Below, one piece after another: positions 1-8,455 of a stretch of DNA of 64,000 nt. The stretch covers positions 128,001-192,000 of the forward strand of contig JBFWRP010000002.1 of the NCBI GenBank assembly GCA_050248855.1. Reading direction: 5' to 3'. The stretch comes from Planctomycetota bacterium. Lineage in GTDB: Bacteria > Planctomycetota > PLA2 > JAEUHO01. Below the pieces are notes generated by a model. The model saw nothing but the letters and a program-made list of their open reading frames with translations, was not told the DNA's origin and did not search any database. Numbering within the stretch: position 1 is the first letter of the stretch; every line of letters starts with the position of its first letter. Made by a program: the position numbers and the translations under genes.

Positions 1-459
1 GGGTTGGCTGCGCTGGTCGCGCGCCTCTTGGCCGACGTGCCCCCGCGCTTGGATGGCCACGAGCTGGTGCTCGATGTGGAGGTGCGGCTGCCCGCAGGGC
101 AGACCGTGGCGCCGAACGTCCCCGACGAGCAGGCCTACGTGGAGCTCGGAGCGCTCCGGGGCCGCGTGCGACGGCGGGCCGTGCGGGGGCCCGTGCGGCT
201 CGCCGAGGCCCGCCGCGACGACGGGCGCGTCGTGGTCCCGGGATCGGTACACGTGTTCACGAGTCGCGGCAAGCGCGTGCTGATGGTGCAGCTGGGCGCG
301 GAGCCGATGATGGGCTTCCTCGTGCCCCTGCCTGGTCGGCCGCGGCGTGAGCATCTTGCCTGGAGCGGCTGGCTGCCGCAGCCCAGGCCGCCCGCGGCGC
401 CCTGGCCGGACGACAAGGCGTCGTTCCGCTTCCGCGTGCGCCCCGAGGCCGAAGCGTGA
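1..459 (+). CDS. Hypothetical protein, 5'-truncated by the window edge
   Basis: Frame is open from base 1 to TGA at 457-459. The stop overlaps the next GTG start (GTGA). Confidence 0.7.
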   Translation, partial: GLAALVARLLADVPPRLDGHELVLDVEVRLPAGQTVAPNVPDEQAYVELGALRGRVRRRAVRGPVRLAEARRDDGRVVVPGSVHVFTSRGKRVLMVQLGAEPMMGFLVPLPGRPRREHLAWSGWLPQPRPPAAPWPDDKASFRFRVRPEAEA

Positions 460-1076
460 GCCCGCGGGACCGCGAGGACGCCGCCGCGCGCTTCGAGCGC
501 AGCATGGCCATCGACTACGAGAAGTGGCACGACGGGATCGGCTACGACCTGGACGCCATCGACGGGGCCACCCCGGCCGAGCGGCAGCGCATCGAGCGGT
601 TGCTCTTGGCCCGCCGCTACGCCGACTGGCGCGACGTCGAGGCCCTGGCCCGGCTCCGCACCCCGGCGGCCGAGGCCGAGCTGCGGATCGCCCGGGAGCG
701 CGGCTCGCCCGAGGTCCGGATGGCCGTCTTGCGGCACGCGCCCTGGCTCGTCAGCGACGCCGAGCGGGAGGCTGCCCTGGTGCGTGCCTTGGGGGAGGCC
801 ACGATCTACGGGGGGCTTACGGCGGCCATCGACCAGGCGGTCGAGTTCCACCCCCCGGCGGTGGTGGAGGCTCTCTGGCGGGGCCTGCTCGACCGCCCGG
901 GCGAGGTGGCCGTCCACTACGCGGCGCTCCTCGCCTTCCTCCACGGTCGCGCCGAGGAGCCGTTCGACATGGCGCTCCGGCCCCTCTTCCTGCGCTTTGC
1001 CACCGAGGAGGGTGAGGAGCGGCGGGCCGCGCTTGCCGAATTGCGGCGCCACGTGGGGTTGGGCGAAAAGCCCTGA
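456..1076 (+). CDS. Hypothetical helical (HEAT-like) protein, 206 aa
   Basis: Translationally coupled to the upstream ORF (GTGA). Protein-like composition with helical repeats such as PEVRMAVLRH. Confidence 0.75.
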   Translation: MSPRDREDAAARFERSMAIDYEKWHDGIGYDLDAIDGATPAERQRIERLLLARRYADWRDVEALARLRTPAAEAELRIARERGSPEVRMAVLRHAPWLVSDAEREAALVRALGEATIYGGLTAAIDQAVEFHPPAVVEALWRGLLDRPGEVAVHYAALLAFLHGRAEEPFDMALRPLFLRFATEEGEERRAALAELRRHVGLGEKP

Positions 1077-1111
1077 AATCAGGGCTGCCGAGGGCGCCGA
1101 AATTTCGGCGC
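1069..1111. repeat. Bipartite palindromic 43-bp element, copy 1 (18-7-18)
   Basis: agccctgaaatcagggct-gccgagg-gcgccgaaatttcggcgc. Both 18-mers are palindromic. Confidence 0.75.
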
Positions 1112-1255
1112 GGAGGGGGGCAGGGGGCTTCCGCAGAACGCCCGGCGCCTGACGAGGCCCGGTCGCGTGGAGCGGCGCGACCCCTGCCCTTGCGCACGCG
1201 CGGCCACGCGGGTCCCGGGTCTGCCGAGATTTCGGCAAGCTCGCCGCCGGCTCCA

Positions 1256-1298
1256 GGCCCTGAAAACAGGGCCGCGGTCCACCCCGGAATTCCGGCGT
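1256..1298. repeat. Bipartite palindromic 43-bp element, copy 2
   Basis: ggccctgaaaacagggcc-gcggtcc-accccggaattccggcgt. A further related palindrome, tgccgagatttcggca, lies at 1222-1237. Confidence 0.75.
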
Positions 1299-1497
1299 GG
1301 GGTGCAGGGGCCCCACTTGGCGACGCGCAGGAGGGGTGATGGGGCTCGTGGTCGAGGATCACATCCGCCCCTCGCCACCCGCCCCGCGCCGGCCGCCCCC
1401 GGTAGCCGCATGCGCGCCGTGACCCGTCGGCTCCCTTCGGCGTGGCTCCGGGTGGGTGACGCGCCCGACCAGAGGCGCGCTCTCCGAGGAGCCCTCG

Positions 1498-3153
1498 ATG
1501 GTTACGTCCTCCGAGCGAAGCGGCCTTCGGGACCGCCCCCTCCGACAGGATCCCGACCTGCGCGACGAGCACCGCACCTGGCGGCAGCTGCAGGCGCTGG
1601 CGCGGCTGGAGGATGCCCTCGAGCAGGGTGAGGTCGGCGGCATGTGGCAGCACGACGAGGCCCAGCTCGACGCCCCGATCGACGGCGCGGCCTCGCCTGC
1701 CGATCGCGCGCAGGACCTGTTCTACCTGTCGCGGCGTCGTGAGGGGGCGCTGGGGCGCTCCACCCTGCTCCAGGTCGCTGCGCACCTTGACCCCGACAAC
1801 CTCGATGCCCGGCTCGCCGACGCCCGATTGGATGCCAACCCCGGGCTTCGCTCCCAGGAGCTCGTCGCGTTGGCCGGGGAGGCCATGGTGCGGCTGGGCG
1901 AGGAAGAAGACGAGGAGCCGGGCGCCCGACGCGAGCTCGAGCTGTACGTGCTCGGACGAGCCGCGCTGCGGATCAACATCGCACTCGCCCTCGATCTCCT
2001 GGAGCGGGGCCAGATCCACCCCGCCATCGATGTGCTTCTCGAGGTCCTTCGACTGGACACCGAACGCGAGATGGATGCCCACCTCGTCTTGGCGCCGCTC
2101 CTCGTGGAGGCGGACGACCCCCAGCGGGCGGAGGCCGTGTTGACCGAGGGGCCAGAAGGAACAGCTGCCTTCGCGGCGTGGTCGCGGCTCTTGGTGCGTG
2201 CCTACCGAGGTCAGGCTACGGACGAAGATTGGACCAGCGCCCGTAGGCTCAATCGCTACGTCGAGCGCCTGATCGTGTGTCCAAGCCATCTGCTGGTCCC
2301 GATGCCCGTCGCGTATGCCCCCGGGTCCGTGCACGAGGCCCAGGTCATTGCCGGGGCGAGCTGGCGAGCGTGGCGGTCACGCCCGCAGCTGATCGAAGAA
2401 CTGCACCGGCGCATCGACGGCGGCACCTGGCAGCGCAAGGAGCCGAATCTCTGGCGCACGCTGCTCGAGGCGCAAGTGCTCCTACCCGGGCAGGATCCGG
2501 GCCTGGCCGGCCTGCTACGCCGTCGTCACGAGAAGTCGGTCCGGCTGTTGCGCCGTCTGCTGGATCCGTCTCTCGAGCACGTGTCCTCGCACGTGCGCGC
2601 GGGGGCCGCGTGCCAGCTGGGGCGGCTTCAGGCCAACGAGGCGGCGCCGGAGATCGTGCGGCTCATCCTGCTCGACATGGGTGAAACCGAGGCCGAGACC
2701 GCGCTGATGGTCGCGGCCCTCGGAGGGCTCAACCGCGCTGCGGCGGAGCCCCTTGTCGATGCACTGGAGCGCATGGCTCCCAGCGATGTGAAGATGCAGC
2801 TGGCACGCACGTTGGCCCAGACCTGCGTAAAGAGCGTGCGGATCCGCGACGCGCTGGGCCGTTGCTTTGCGGAGTTCCCCGAGGTGGGAGCCGAGATCCT
2901 GGCGATCTACGGGGATCCTGCCGGCATCGACATGCTGCGCGCACGTCTCGCGACACTGGACCCGGTAGACGACGGAGCGATCGGTCGCGCGATCGTCCGA
3001 GCCCTGGACACCATGGGCCAGCGCATCGAGCGGGAGGAGATCGAGCGGTGGGATCCGCTGCCGCCCGGGCAAGACGGGCGCTTCGAGGGGCCGAAGGGCC
3101 GCGACGCCGACAGCATGGTCGAGTGGGCGCTCTCGCTGCCGAAGGAACTGTGA
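1498..3153 (+). CDS. TPR-like/HEAT-repeat protein (paralog of the next gene)
   Basis: GAGGAG precedes ATG 1498 (alternative GTG 1456). Shares blocks with the next gene: YAPGSVHEAQVIAGASWRAWR vs YGVGSVEEAQILGNFAWRAWR. Confidence 0.8.
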   Translation: MVTSSERSGLRDRPLRQDPDLRDEHRTWRQLQALARLEDALEQGEVGGMWQHDEAQLDAPIDGAASPADRAQDLFYLSRRREGALGRSTLLQVAAHLDPDNLDARLADARLDANPGLRSQELVALAGEAMVRLGEEEDEEPGARRELELYVLGRAALRINIALALDLLERGQIHPAIDVLLEVLRLDTEREMDAHLVLAPLLVEADDPQRAEAVLTEGPEGTAAFAAWSRLLVRAYRGQATDEDWTSARRLNRYVERLIVCPSHLLVPMPVAYAPGSVHEAQVIAGASWRAWRSRPQLIEELHRRIDGGTWQRKEPNLWRTLLEAQVLLPGQDPGLAGLLRRRHEKSVRLLRRLLDPSLEHVSSHVRAGAACQLGRLQANEAAPEIVRLILLDMGETEAETALMVAALGGLNRAAAEPLVDALERMAPSDVKMQLARTLAQTCVKSVRIRDALGRCFAEFPEVGAEILAIYGDPAGIDMLRARLATLDPVDDGAIGRAIVRALDTMGQRIEREEIERWDPLPPGQDGRFEGPKGRDADSMVEWALSLPKEL

Positions 3154-3225
3154 TGCTGCCCCGTGGGTCGGGAGCCGCCTGCGGGTAGAACCTCGACGCC
3201 GCGACAGCGGCCGAGGTGGCAGCCC

Positions 3226-5163
3226 ATGGGCAAGCGATCGCGTCCCCAGCAGGTTTTCACGTGCCCCATGGCCGCCGAGGACCACTTGGTCGGCGAGCAC
3301 GTGCAGTGGCGTGTATCGCTCGAGATCGAGCGGCGAGGCGGCGTGCCCGCTGGCGACCTCGGCGAGGCGTTCTTGGCCAGCCTCCGCGACGTGGGCACGA
3401 AGCCCCTGCCTCCGACGGCTCCCCGTGAGCAACGTGCCCGCGATCTCGTCTACTGGTCGCTCAGCGCGATCAACTTCGATCGGGCGGACGAGCTTCTTGC
3501 GGCAGCCCAGGCGCTGGCCCCCGACGAGCTGATGGTGCGCGCGGAACAGGCCATGGGGGTGTGGCCGCCGGCTCGCCGGGTCGTGGCGTTTCGCCCGCTG
3601 GTCGCGGACGCCCGCCAGGAGATCGACGCCGCTCGCGCCGAGCGCGGTCCCGACGTGGATGCCTGGGGCATCGTGAAGCTGCGGCCCGCCCTTCGCATGA
3701 TCGCCGTCCACGCGACGGACCTCGTCGATATCGGCCGGCTGGACGAGGCCATCGAGATGGCCCTCTATCTCCTTTCGGTCGCTCCGGACGATGCGCAGGG
3801 AGCACGCTACTTCGTCGTGCCTTTGCTGGTGGAGGCGAACCGGCTCGAGGAGGCCCACGCGCTCGTCGAGGCCGACCGTGGAGCCGAGACGGGCCTCGCC
3901 GTCTGGAATCGCTTGCTCGTGCGGGCCGCGCTCGGACTGACCAGCCCCACGGAGTGGAAGCAGGCCGACGAAGTGAACCCGCTGGCGCTCGAGTACATCG
4001 CCTTGCCCGACCGGCTCGAGCCGGACCCGCCCGAGGCCTACGGGGTCGGTTCGGTGGAAGAGGCACAGATCCTCGGCAACTTTGCGTGGCGCGCGTGGCG
4101 GAAGGCACCGAGGGCGTCGGACGCGCTACGCGCGCGGATCCAGGGCAAGAGCAGGAGCCACGGACACCTTCGCCTCCTGGAAGGGCGTGCGCTGGTCGAA
4201 GCCATGCTCGAGTCCGGCCGGTACGCGGCCGGTGACACGCCGGGCCTCGTCGCGTACCTGACGCCGCCCACGGACGAGATGGTGAGCACCCTGCGTGGCC
4301 TCACACGTCTTGCCGTCGATCCCGACTCTTCCCAGGTGGCAGCGGGGGCCGCTCACGTCTTGGCTGCCGTGCGGGGCATGGACGCAGCCGGGGACGTGAT
4401 CGCGACCCTGGAGCTGCTCGACGCCGAGCTCGACATGGGCGAGGAGGACTGCGTGTGCTACGCCCTTGTCGCGCTCGGCGAGGACGTACTGCCGCGGCTC
4501 TACGCCGCGCTCGACCGGACCGAGGACGAGGTCAGCGTCCGTCGACTCACGCGGACGATCGGCCTGCTTGGCGCGAAGGGCCCGCAAGCGCGGGCGGCGT
4601 TCCAAAGGGCTCTCCAGGCCGATCCCGTGGAGGGCGTGGAGCTGCTCGCGGGGCTGGGCGACCCTTCCGTGCTGCCCCTGTTCCATGACGTGTTGGCCGC
4701 GATGGACGAGGACGAGCCCCCGATGGACGTCTGCAGGGTGATCGATGCCATCCACCAGCTCGGTGGCACCGTGACGCGGGACGAGATCAGCAGGCTTGAC
4801 GTGGCGCCGGACCTCGCCGACGAGCCTCGGCCCGACACCCGCTCGCCGGACGAGCTTGCCGCGGACGCCCTGGCCATGCCGGACGAGCCCATGGGAATGG
4901 ACAGTTCCGGGTTCCTTCCCGCGTGGGACGACGACGCGTGGGACGACGACGACGCCGAGGGCCCGGGCGACGAGGACGACGACGAGGACCTGATGTGGGC
5001 GCTGGGGCTGGGCCCCCCGGACCTCCCGGACCCGCCAGCGCCCAAGCCGCCTGTCCTGCTGCCGTCGCGGCCCGATCGCCCCGGGCGCAACGACCCCTGC
5101 TGGTGTGGCAGCGGCACGAAGTACAAGAGGTGCCATCTGGCCGCCGACGAGGGCGCCAGCTAG
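3226..5163 (+). CDS. TPR-like/HEAT protein with acidic linker and C-terminal SEC-C Zn-binding motif
   Basis: C-terminal GRNDPCWCGSGTKYKRCH is a SEC-C motif, preceded by a D/E-rich tract. Start uncertain (3163, 3226 or 3268). Confidence 0.85.
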   Translation: MGKRSRPQQVFTCPMAAEDHLVGEHVQWRVSLEIERRGGVPAGDLGEAFLASLRDVGTKPLPPTAPREQRARDLVYWSLSAINFDRADELLAAAQALAPDELMVRAEQAMGVWPPARRVVAFRPLVADARQEIDAARAERGPDVDAWGIVKLRPALRMIAVHATDLVDIGRLDEAIEMALYLLSVAPDDAQGARYFVVPLLVEANRLEEAHALVEADRGAETGLAVWNRLLVRAALGLTSPTEWKQADEVNPLALEYIALPDRLEPDPPEAYGVGSVEEAQILGNFAWRAWRKAPRASDALRARIQGKSRSHGHLRLLEGRALVEAMLESGRYAAGDTPGLVAYLTPPTDEMVSTLRGLTRLAVDPDSSQVAAGAAHVLAAVRGMDAAGDVIATLELLDAELDMGEEDCVCYALVALGEDVLPRLYAALDRTEDEVSVRRLTRTIGLLGAKGPQARAAFQRALQADPVEGVELLAGLGDPSVLPLFHDVLAAMDEDEPPMDVCRVIDAIHQLGGTVTRDEISRLDVAPDLADEPRPDTRSPDELAADALAMPDEPMGMDSSGFLPAWDDDAWDDDDAEGPGDEDDDEDLMWALGLGPPDLPDPPAPKPPVLLPSRPDRPGRNDPCWCGSGTKYKRCHLAADEGAS

Positions 5164-5168
5164 CCGAG

Positions 5169-5211
5169 AGCCCTGAAGTCAGGCCTGCGATCCACGCCGG
5201 AATTCCGGCGT
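5169..5211. repeat. Bipartite palindromic 43-bp element, copy 3
   Basis: agccctgaagtcaggcct-gcgatcc-acgccggaattccggcgt. Same 18-7-18 geometry as copies 1 and 2. Confidence 0.75.
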
Positions 5212-5242
5212 CCGGAGCCGAGACGACTGGGTCGGGCACATG

Positions 5243-5360
5243 GAAGTATCCCGGTCGGGACACTTCGGCCCTCCATCTGAGTGGATCGCGTCGATTGTTA
5301 CCGATAGGTACAATTCGGTGGGATTCTGGCGTTCCGTGGTCTCCGATTCCCGATCGGGAA
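5243..5360 (+). promoter_or_regulatory. Putative hipBA promoter with three antitoxin operator palindromes
   Basis: gaagtatcccggtcgggacacttc (5243-5266), taccgataggta (5299-5310) and perfect ttcccgatcgggaa (5347-5360), with centres about 50 bp apart. A -10-like TACAAT lies at 5309-5314. Confidence 0.65.
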
Positions 5361-5399
5361 AGCGGCAGATCGTGAACCCGGGCAGGAAACGAGCGGCCT

Positions 5400-5630
5400 A
5401 TGCACGTCCAGCGATCTCCCCTCACCTCGGCGGCGGACATCGGCCGGCTCGTGCGCGAGACGCGCAAGCGGCAAGGTCTGACCCAGACGGACTTGGCCGT
5501 CGCGAGCGGAACGGGCGTGCGCTTCGTCGTGGATGTGGAGAAGGGCAAGGAGACGGCGCAGCTCGGGAAGGTGCTGCGCGTCCTGAAGATGCTCGGGCTC
5601 GTCCTCGAGGCTCGCGGGAGCGATGCGTGA
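5400..5630 (+). CDS. hipB: HipB-like XRE-family HTH antitoxin, 76 aa
   Basis: IGRLVRETRKRQGLTQTDLA...GTGVRFVVDVEKGKETAQLGKVL is an XRE HTH. Lies directly upstream of, and overlaps, hipA. Confidence 0.9.
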   Translation: MHVQRSPLTSAADIGRLVRETRKRQGLTQTDLAVASGTGVRFVVDVEKGKETAQLGKVLRVLKMLGLVLEARGSDA

Positions 5631-7207
5631 GACGCCTCCATGTCTGCATGGATGGGAAGGTCGTCGGCGTTCTCGAGCAGAGCCCGCACGGTCGCCTGCA
5701 GTTCACCTACGACGCCGCGTGGACGGCCCTTCCGGGCGTACGTCCGATCTCGCTGAGCCTCCCGTTCGCGGGTTCGCCTTTCGACGATGCCGATGTCAGG
5801 TCGTTCTTCGCGGGCTACTTGCCGGATGACCCCGAGGCGCTGCGCTTGATCGGTGAGCGCTTTGGGGTCTCCAGTGGCAGCCTGTTCGGTCTGCTCGCAG
5901 CTGTCGGTCGCGATTGCGCGGGGGCACTCGCCGTGACGGCGCCCGACGAGGCATGTCCCAACGACGCGGATCGCGATCCTGCCTTCTCGATCCTGGATGT
6001 CGCGGCGTTGGCCGACGTGCTGGAGGAGCTCGCACGCCGTCCCCTGCTCGCTGGCCCCGACCGCCTGCGACTGTCCCTTGCGGGCGTGCAGAGCAAGACC
6101 GGCGTGTACGTGACCGAGGCCGGGGACATCGCCCTTCCGGTCGATGCGTATCCGACCACGCATATCCTCAAGCCCGAGCCCCATGGCGACTTCCCGGATC
6201 TCGCCTTGCTGGAACATGCCTGCTTGGAGATGGCGCGCGAGCTGGGCCTGCCCGCGGTGCGCAGCCGGATCGGGCAGGCCGGTGGCAGGAGGTACCTGTT
6301 GGTGGAGCGCTACGACCGCATCCGCGGTCCGGGTGGGCGCGTTCGGCGTCTGCATCAAGAGGACTTCTGTCAGGCGCTCGGCGTCCCCGGCTCCAGCAAG
6401 TATGAGCAAGACGGAGGCCCTGGCCTCGCGGCATGCTTCGCGCTCTGCGATCGTCTCTCCGTGCCAGGCCGTCAACGCCTGCGCCTGTTGGATGCCGTCC
6501 TGTTCAACTTCCTGGTCGGCAACGCCGACGCCCACGCAAAGAACTTCTCCGTGCTGTACACGGAGGCCGGATCCGAGCTCGCCCCGCTCTACGACTTGGT
6601 TTCGACGCTCGTGTACGAGGCCGACCCGCAGATGCGCATGAACACGGACATGGCGATGCGCATCGGCCGGCGCTACGACGCGCGCCTCGTCTTGCCGAGC
6701 GACTGGCAGCATCTGGCTAGCGCGACGGGGTTCCGCTGGACCGCCATGCGCGACCGCCTCGAGGACATGTCGCGGCGTCTTCCCGCTGCCGCGATCCATG
6801 TCGAACGTGCCCTGGTCGCGGGTGCGGCGGCGACGCCACTCCTCCACCGCGCCATCGACCTGCTCCTGGCGCGGTGCGAGCACGTGCGCGAGTCGCATGG
6901 ACTCGATCCGGTCGCCGTCGAGGCGCTTCCTGCGCGGATGCGGGATGGCGCGGGCCAGGTGATCGAGCCGATCCTGGAGCTCCGCCATCGCTTCGACCGC
7001 AAGGTGCGCGAGCGGTTGGGGACATGGGCGGAGGAGCGACGGCGCGCACGGCTCGCGGGGTTGATGGACGAGGTCGCGAGGCTGCGGATGCTGCACGATG
7101 CCGTCGCACGGGCCCATGCCGCGTGGACGGCTGGCACGGCGAGCGCCGAGCAGCGCGATCTGCTGCGTCAGCAGCTCGGGGCCCTGCCCGATGACGCGGT
7201 GTCGTAG
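5627..7207 (+). CDS. hipA: HipA-family kinase toxin with an extra C-terminal helical segment, 526 aa
   Basis: Motifs PISLSLP, SLAGVQSK, HILKP, HQEDFCQALG, GNADAHAKNFS and LAPLYD. GTG start overlaps the hipB TGA. Confidence 0.92.
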   Translation: MRRLHVCMDGKVVGVLEQSPHGRLQFTYDAAWTALPGVRPISLSLPFAGSPFDDADVRSFFAGYLPDDPEALRLIGERFGVSSGSLFGLLAAVGRDCAGALAVTAPDEACPNDADRDPAFSILDVAALADVLEELARRPLLAGPDRLRLSLAGVQSKTGVYVTEAGDIALPVDAYPTTHILKPEPHGDFPDLALLEHACLEMARELGLPAVRSRIGQAGGRRYLLVERYDRIRGPGGRVRRLHQEDFCQALGVPGSSKYEQDGGPGLAACFALCDRLSVPGRQRLRLLDAVLFNFLVGNADAHAKNFSVLYTEAGSELAPLYDLVSTLVYEADPQMRMNTDMAMRIGRRYDARLVLPSDWQHLASATGFRWTAMRDRLEDMSRRLPAAAIHVERALVAGAAATPLLHRAIDLLLARCEHVRESHGLDPVAVEALPARMRDGAGQVIEPILELRHRFDRKVRERLGTWAEERRRARLAGLMDEVARLRMLHDAVARAHAAWTAGTASAEQRDLLRQQLGALPDDAVS

Positions 7208-7241
7208 AGTCGGACTCGAGCATCCGCAGGAGGAGCCCGCC

Positions 7242-8315
7242 ATGCGCGTCTGTTCGATCGTCGTCGTGCTCTGGTTCTTGACCTTTCTCGGCGGAGGATC
7301 CGCCCGCGCCGACGACTGGCCCTACCCGCCGGGGCGCTCGTCGCCGGTCATCGAGGGGCTCACCGTCGAACTGGACCTGCCGCGGGAGCTGTCCAGGGAG
7401 AAGCCGGCATCGATGGTCGTGATCCTGCATGGGGCGGGAGGCACCGCCACGGGCATGGCCGGGTCGCTGAGGGAGTGGACGGGGCTCGGCTACGTCATCT
7501 GCGCGCCCAAGTCGACGGCGCAGACGTGGTCCGCGCCCGACATCCAGGCGGTCAAGCGCATCGCCGAGCACTTGAAGAGCGTGCTCCCGATCGACCCGGC
7601 CAAGGTGCACGTCGTCGGCTTCTCCAACGGCGGCTGGAACCTCGACCCGCTCGCCTTCGACGACACGCTCCATCCGTGCAGCGCCACGTGGGTCGCGGCG
7701 GGGTGTCGCACCGGCAGTGCGCCGAAGTGGGCCAAGAAGGACCTGGGCGTCGTGGCGCTGGCCGGCAGCGAAGACGCCAACGCCAAATCCGCGGCCGAGA
7801 CGGTGAAGCTTCTCGAGGGCAAGGTGCGGTCCGTCGAGGCGCGCTTCCAGCCGGGGCTCGGGCACTCGTGGCCCGAGCAGCTGATGCCGTTCCTGAAATG
7901 GTGGCACGGTGTGATGGAGGGGCGGTTCACGCCCGGCTACGACCTGAACTTCGACTGGGGCGACAGCATCGAGGCGGCTGTCCAGTCGCTCGCCGACCAG
8001 AAGAAAGGTGGCGTGATCGTGTACGCCTGGGCCGCCGAGGACCAGGACAAGCCGCACGCCCAGGAGCTCTCGAACGAGATCCTGATGGACCCGCTCGTGC
8101 GCCACTACGGCAACCAGCTGAAGGCCGTGAAGCTGGACCGCAGCACGTGTGCGGATGCGCTGGCGGCCCTGGGCGTGACCGAGACGCCCGCCCTCGTCGT
8201 GCTCGACAGGAAAGGCGAGGTCGACAAGGTCCTGCAAGGGGAGAAGGCCTTCAAGGCCAAGTCGGTTGCGTCGGCGTTCAAGGCCGTAGCGCCGAACAAG
8301 AAGAAGCCGGAGTAG
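7242..8315 (+). CDS. Secreted alpha/beta-hydrolase (esterase-like) with probable C-terminal thioredoxin-like fold
   Basis: AGGAGG RBS, signal peptide ending ARA-DD, and motifs LHGAGG, GFSNGG (nucleophile elbow) and GHSW. C-terminal GVTETPALVVLDRKG is Trx-like but has no CxxC. Confidence 0.8.
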   Translation: MRVCSIVVVLWFLTFLGGGSARADDWPYPPGRSSPVIEGLTVELDLPRELSREKPASMVVILHGAGGTATGMAGSLREWTGLGYVICAPKSTAQTWSAPDIQAVKRIAEHLKSVLPIDPAKVHVVGFSNGGWNLDPLAFDDTLHPCSATWVAAGCRTGSAPKWAKKDLGVVALAGSEDANAKSAAETVKLLEGKVRSVEARFQPGLGHSWPEQLMPFLKWWHGVMEGRFTPGYDLNFDWGDSIEAAVQSLADQKKGGVIVYAWAAEDQDKPHAQELSNEILMDPLVRHYGNQLKAVKLDRSTCADALAALGVTETPALVVLDRKGEVDKVLQGEKAFKAKSVASAFKAVAPNKKKPE

Positions 8316-8319
8316 GGGC

Positions 8320-8424
8320 CTACTGGGGCGCGTCGACGGGCGTACCGAGGGTCAGCAGGGCGTAGGTGACGGCGGCAGCCAGGAACGCGATGACCAGGAC
8401 GGTCAGGAACATCTTGAGGGTCAT
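8320..8424 (-). CDS. Small single-TM membrane peptide, 34 aa (MTLKMFLTVLVIAFLAAAVTYALLTLGTPVDAPQ)
   Basis: GGAG RBS upstream of the ATG and a hydrophobic helix. Lies immediately downstream of the methyltransferase gene. Confidence 0.55.
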   Translation of the reverse strand: MTLKMFLTVLVIAFLAAAVTYALLTLGTPVDAPQ

Positions 8425-8455
8425 GGGGAGACTCCGAGGGGATAGTGGGCGGGGA

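Noticed and set aside
3151..3225. In-frame TGA (followed by TGC TGC) between the two TPR/HEAT ORFs, a possible second Sec read-through
   Set aside because: The first ORF ends where its homology to the paralog's core ends, I found no clean SECIS-like hairpin, and the linker looks non-coding with its own start downstream.
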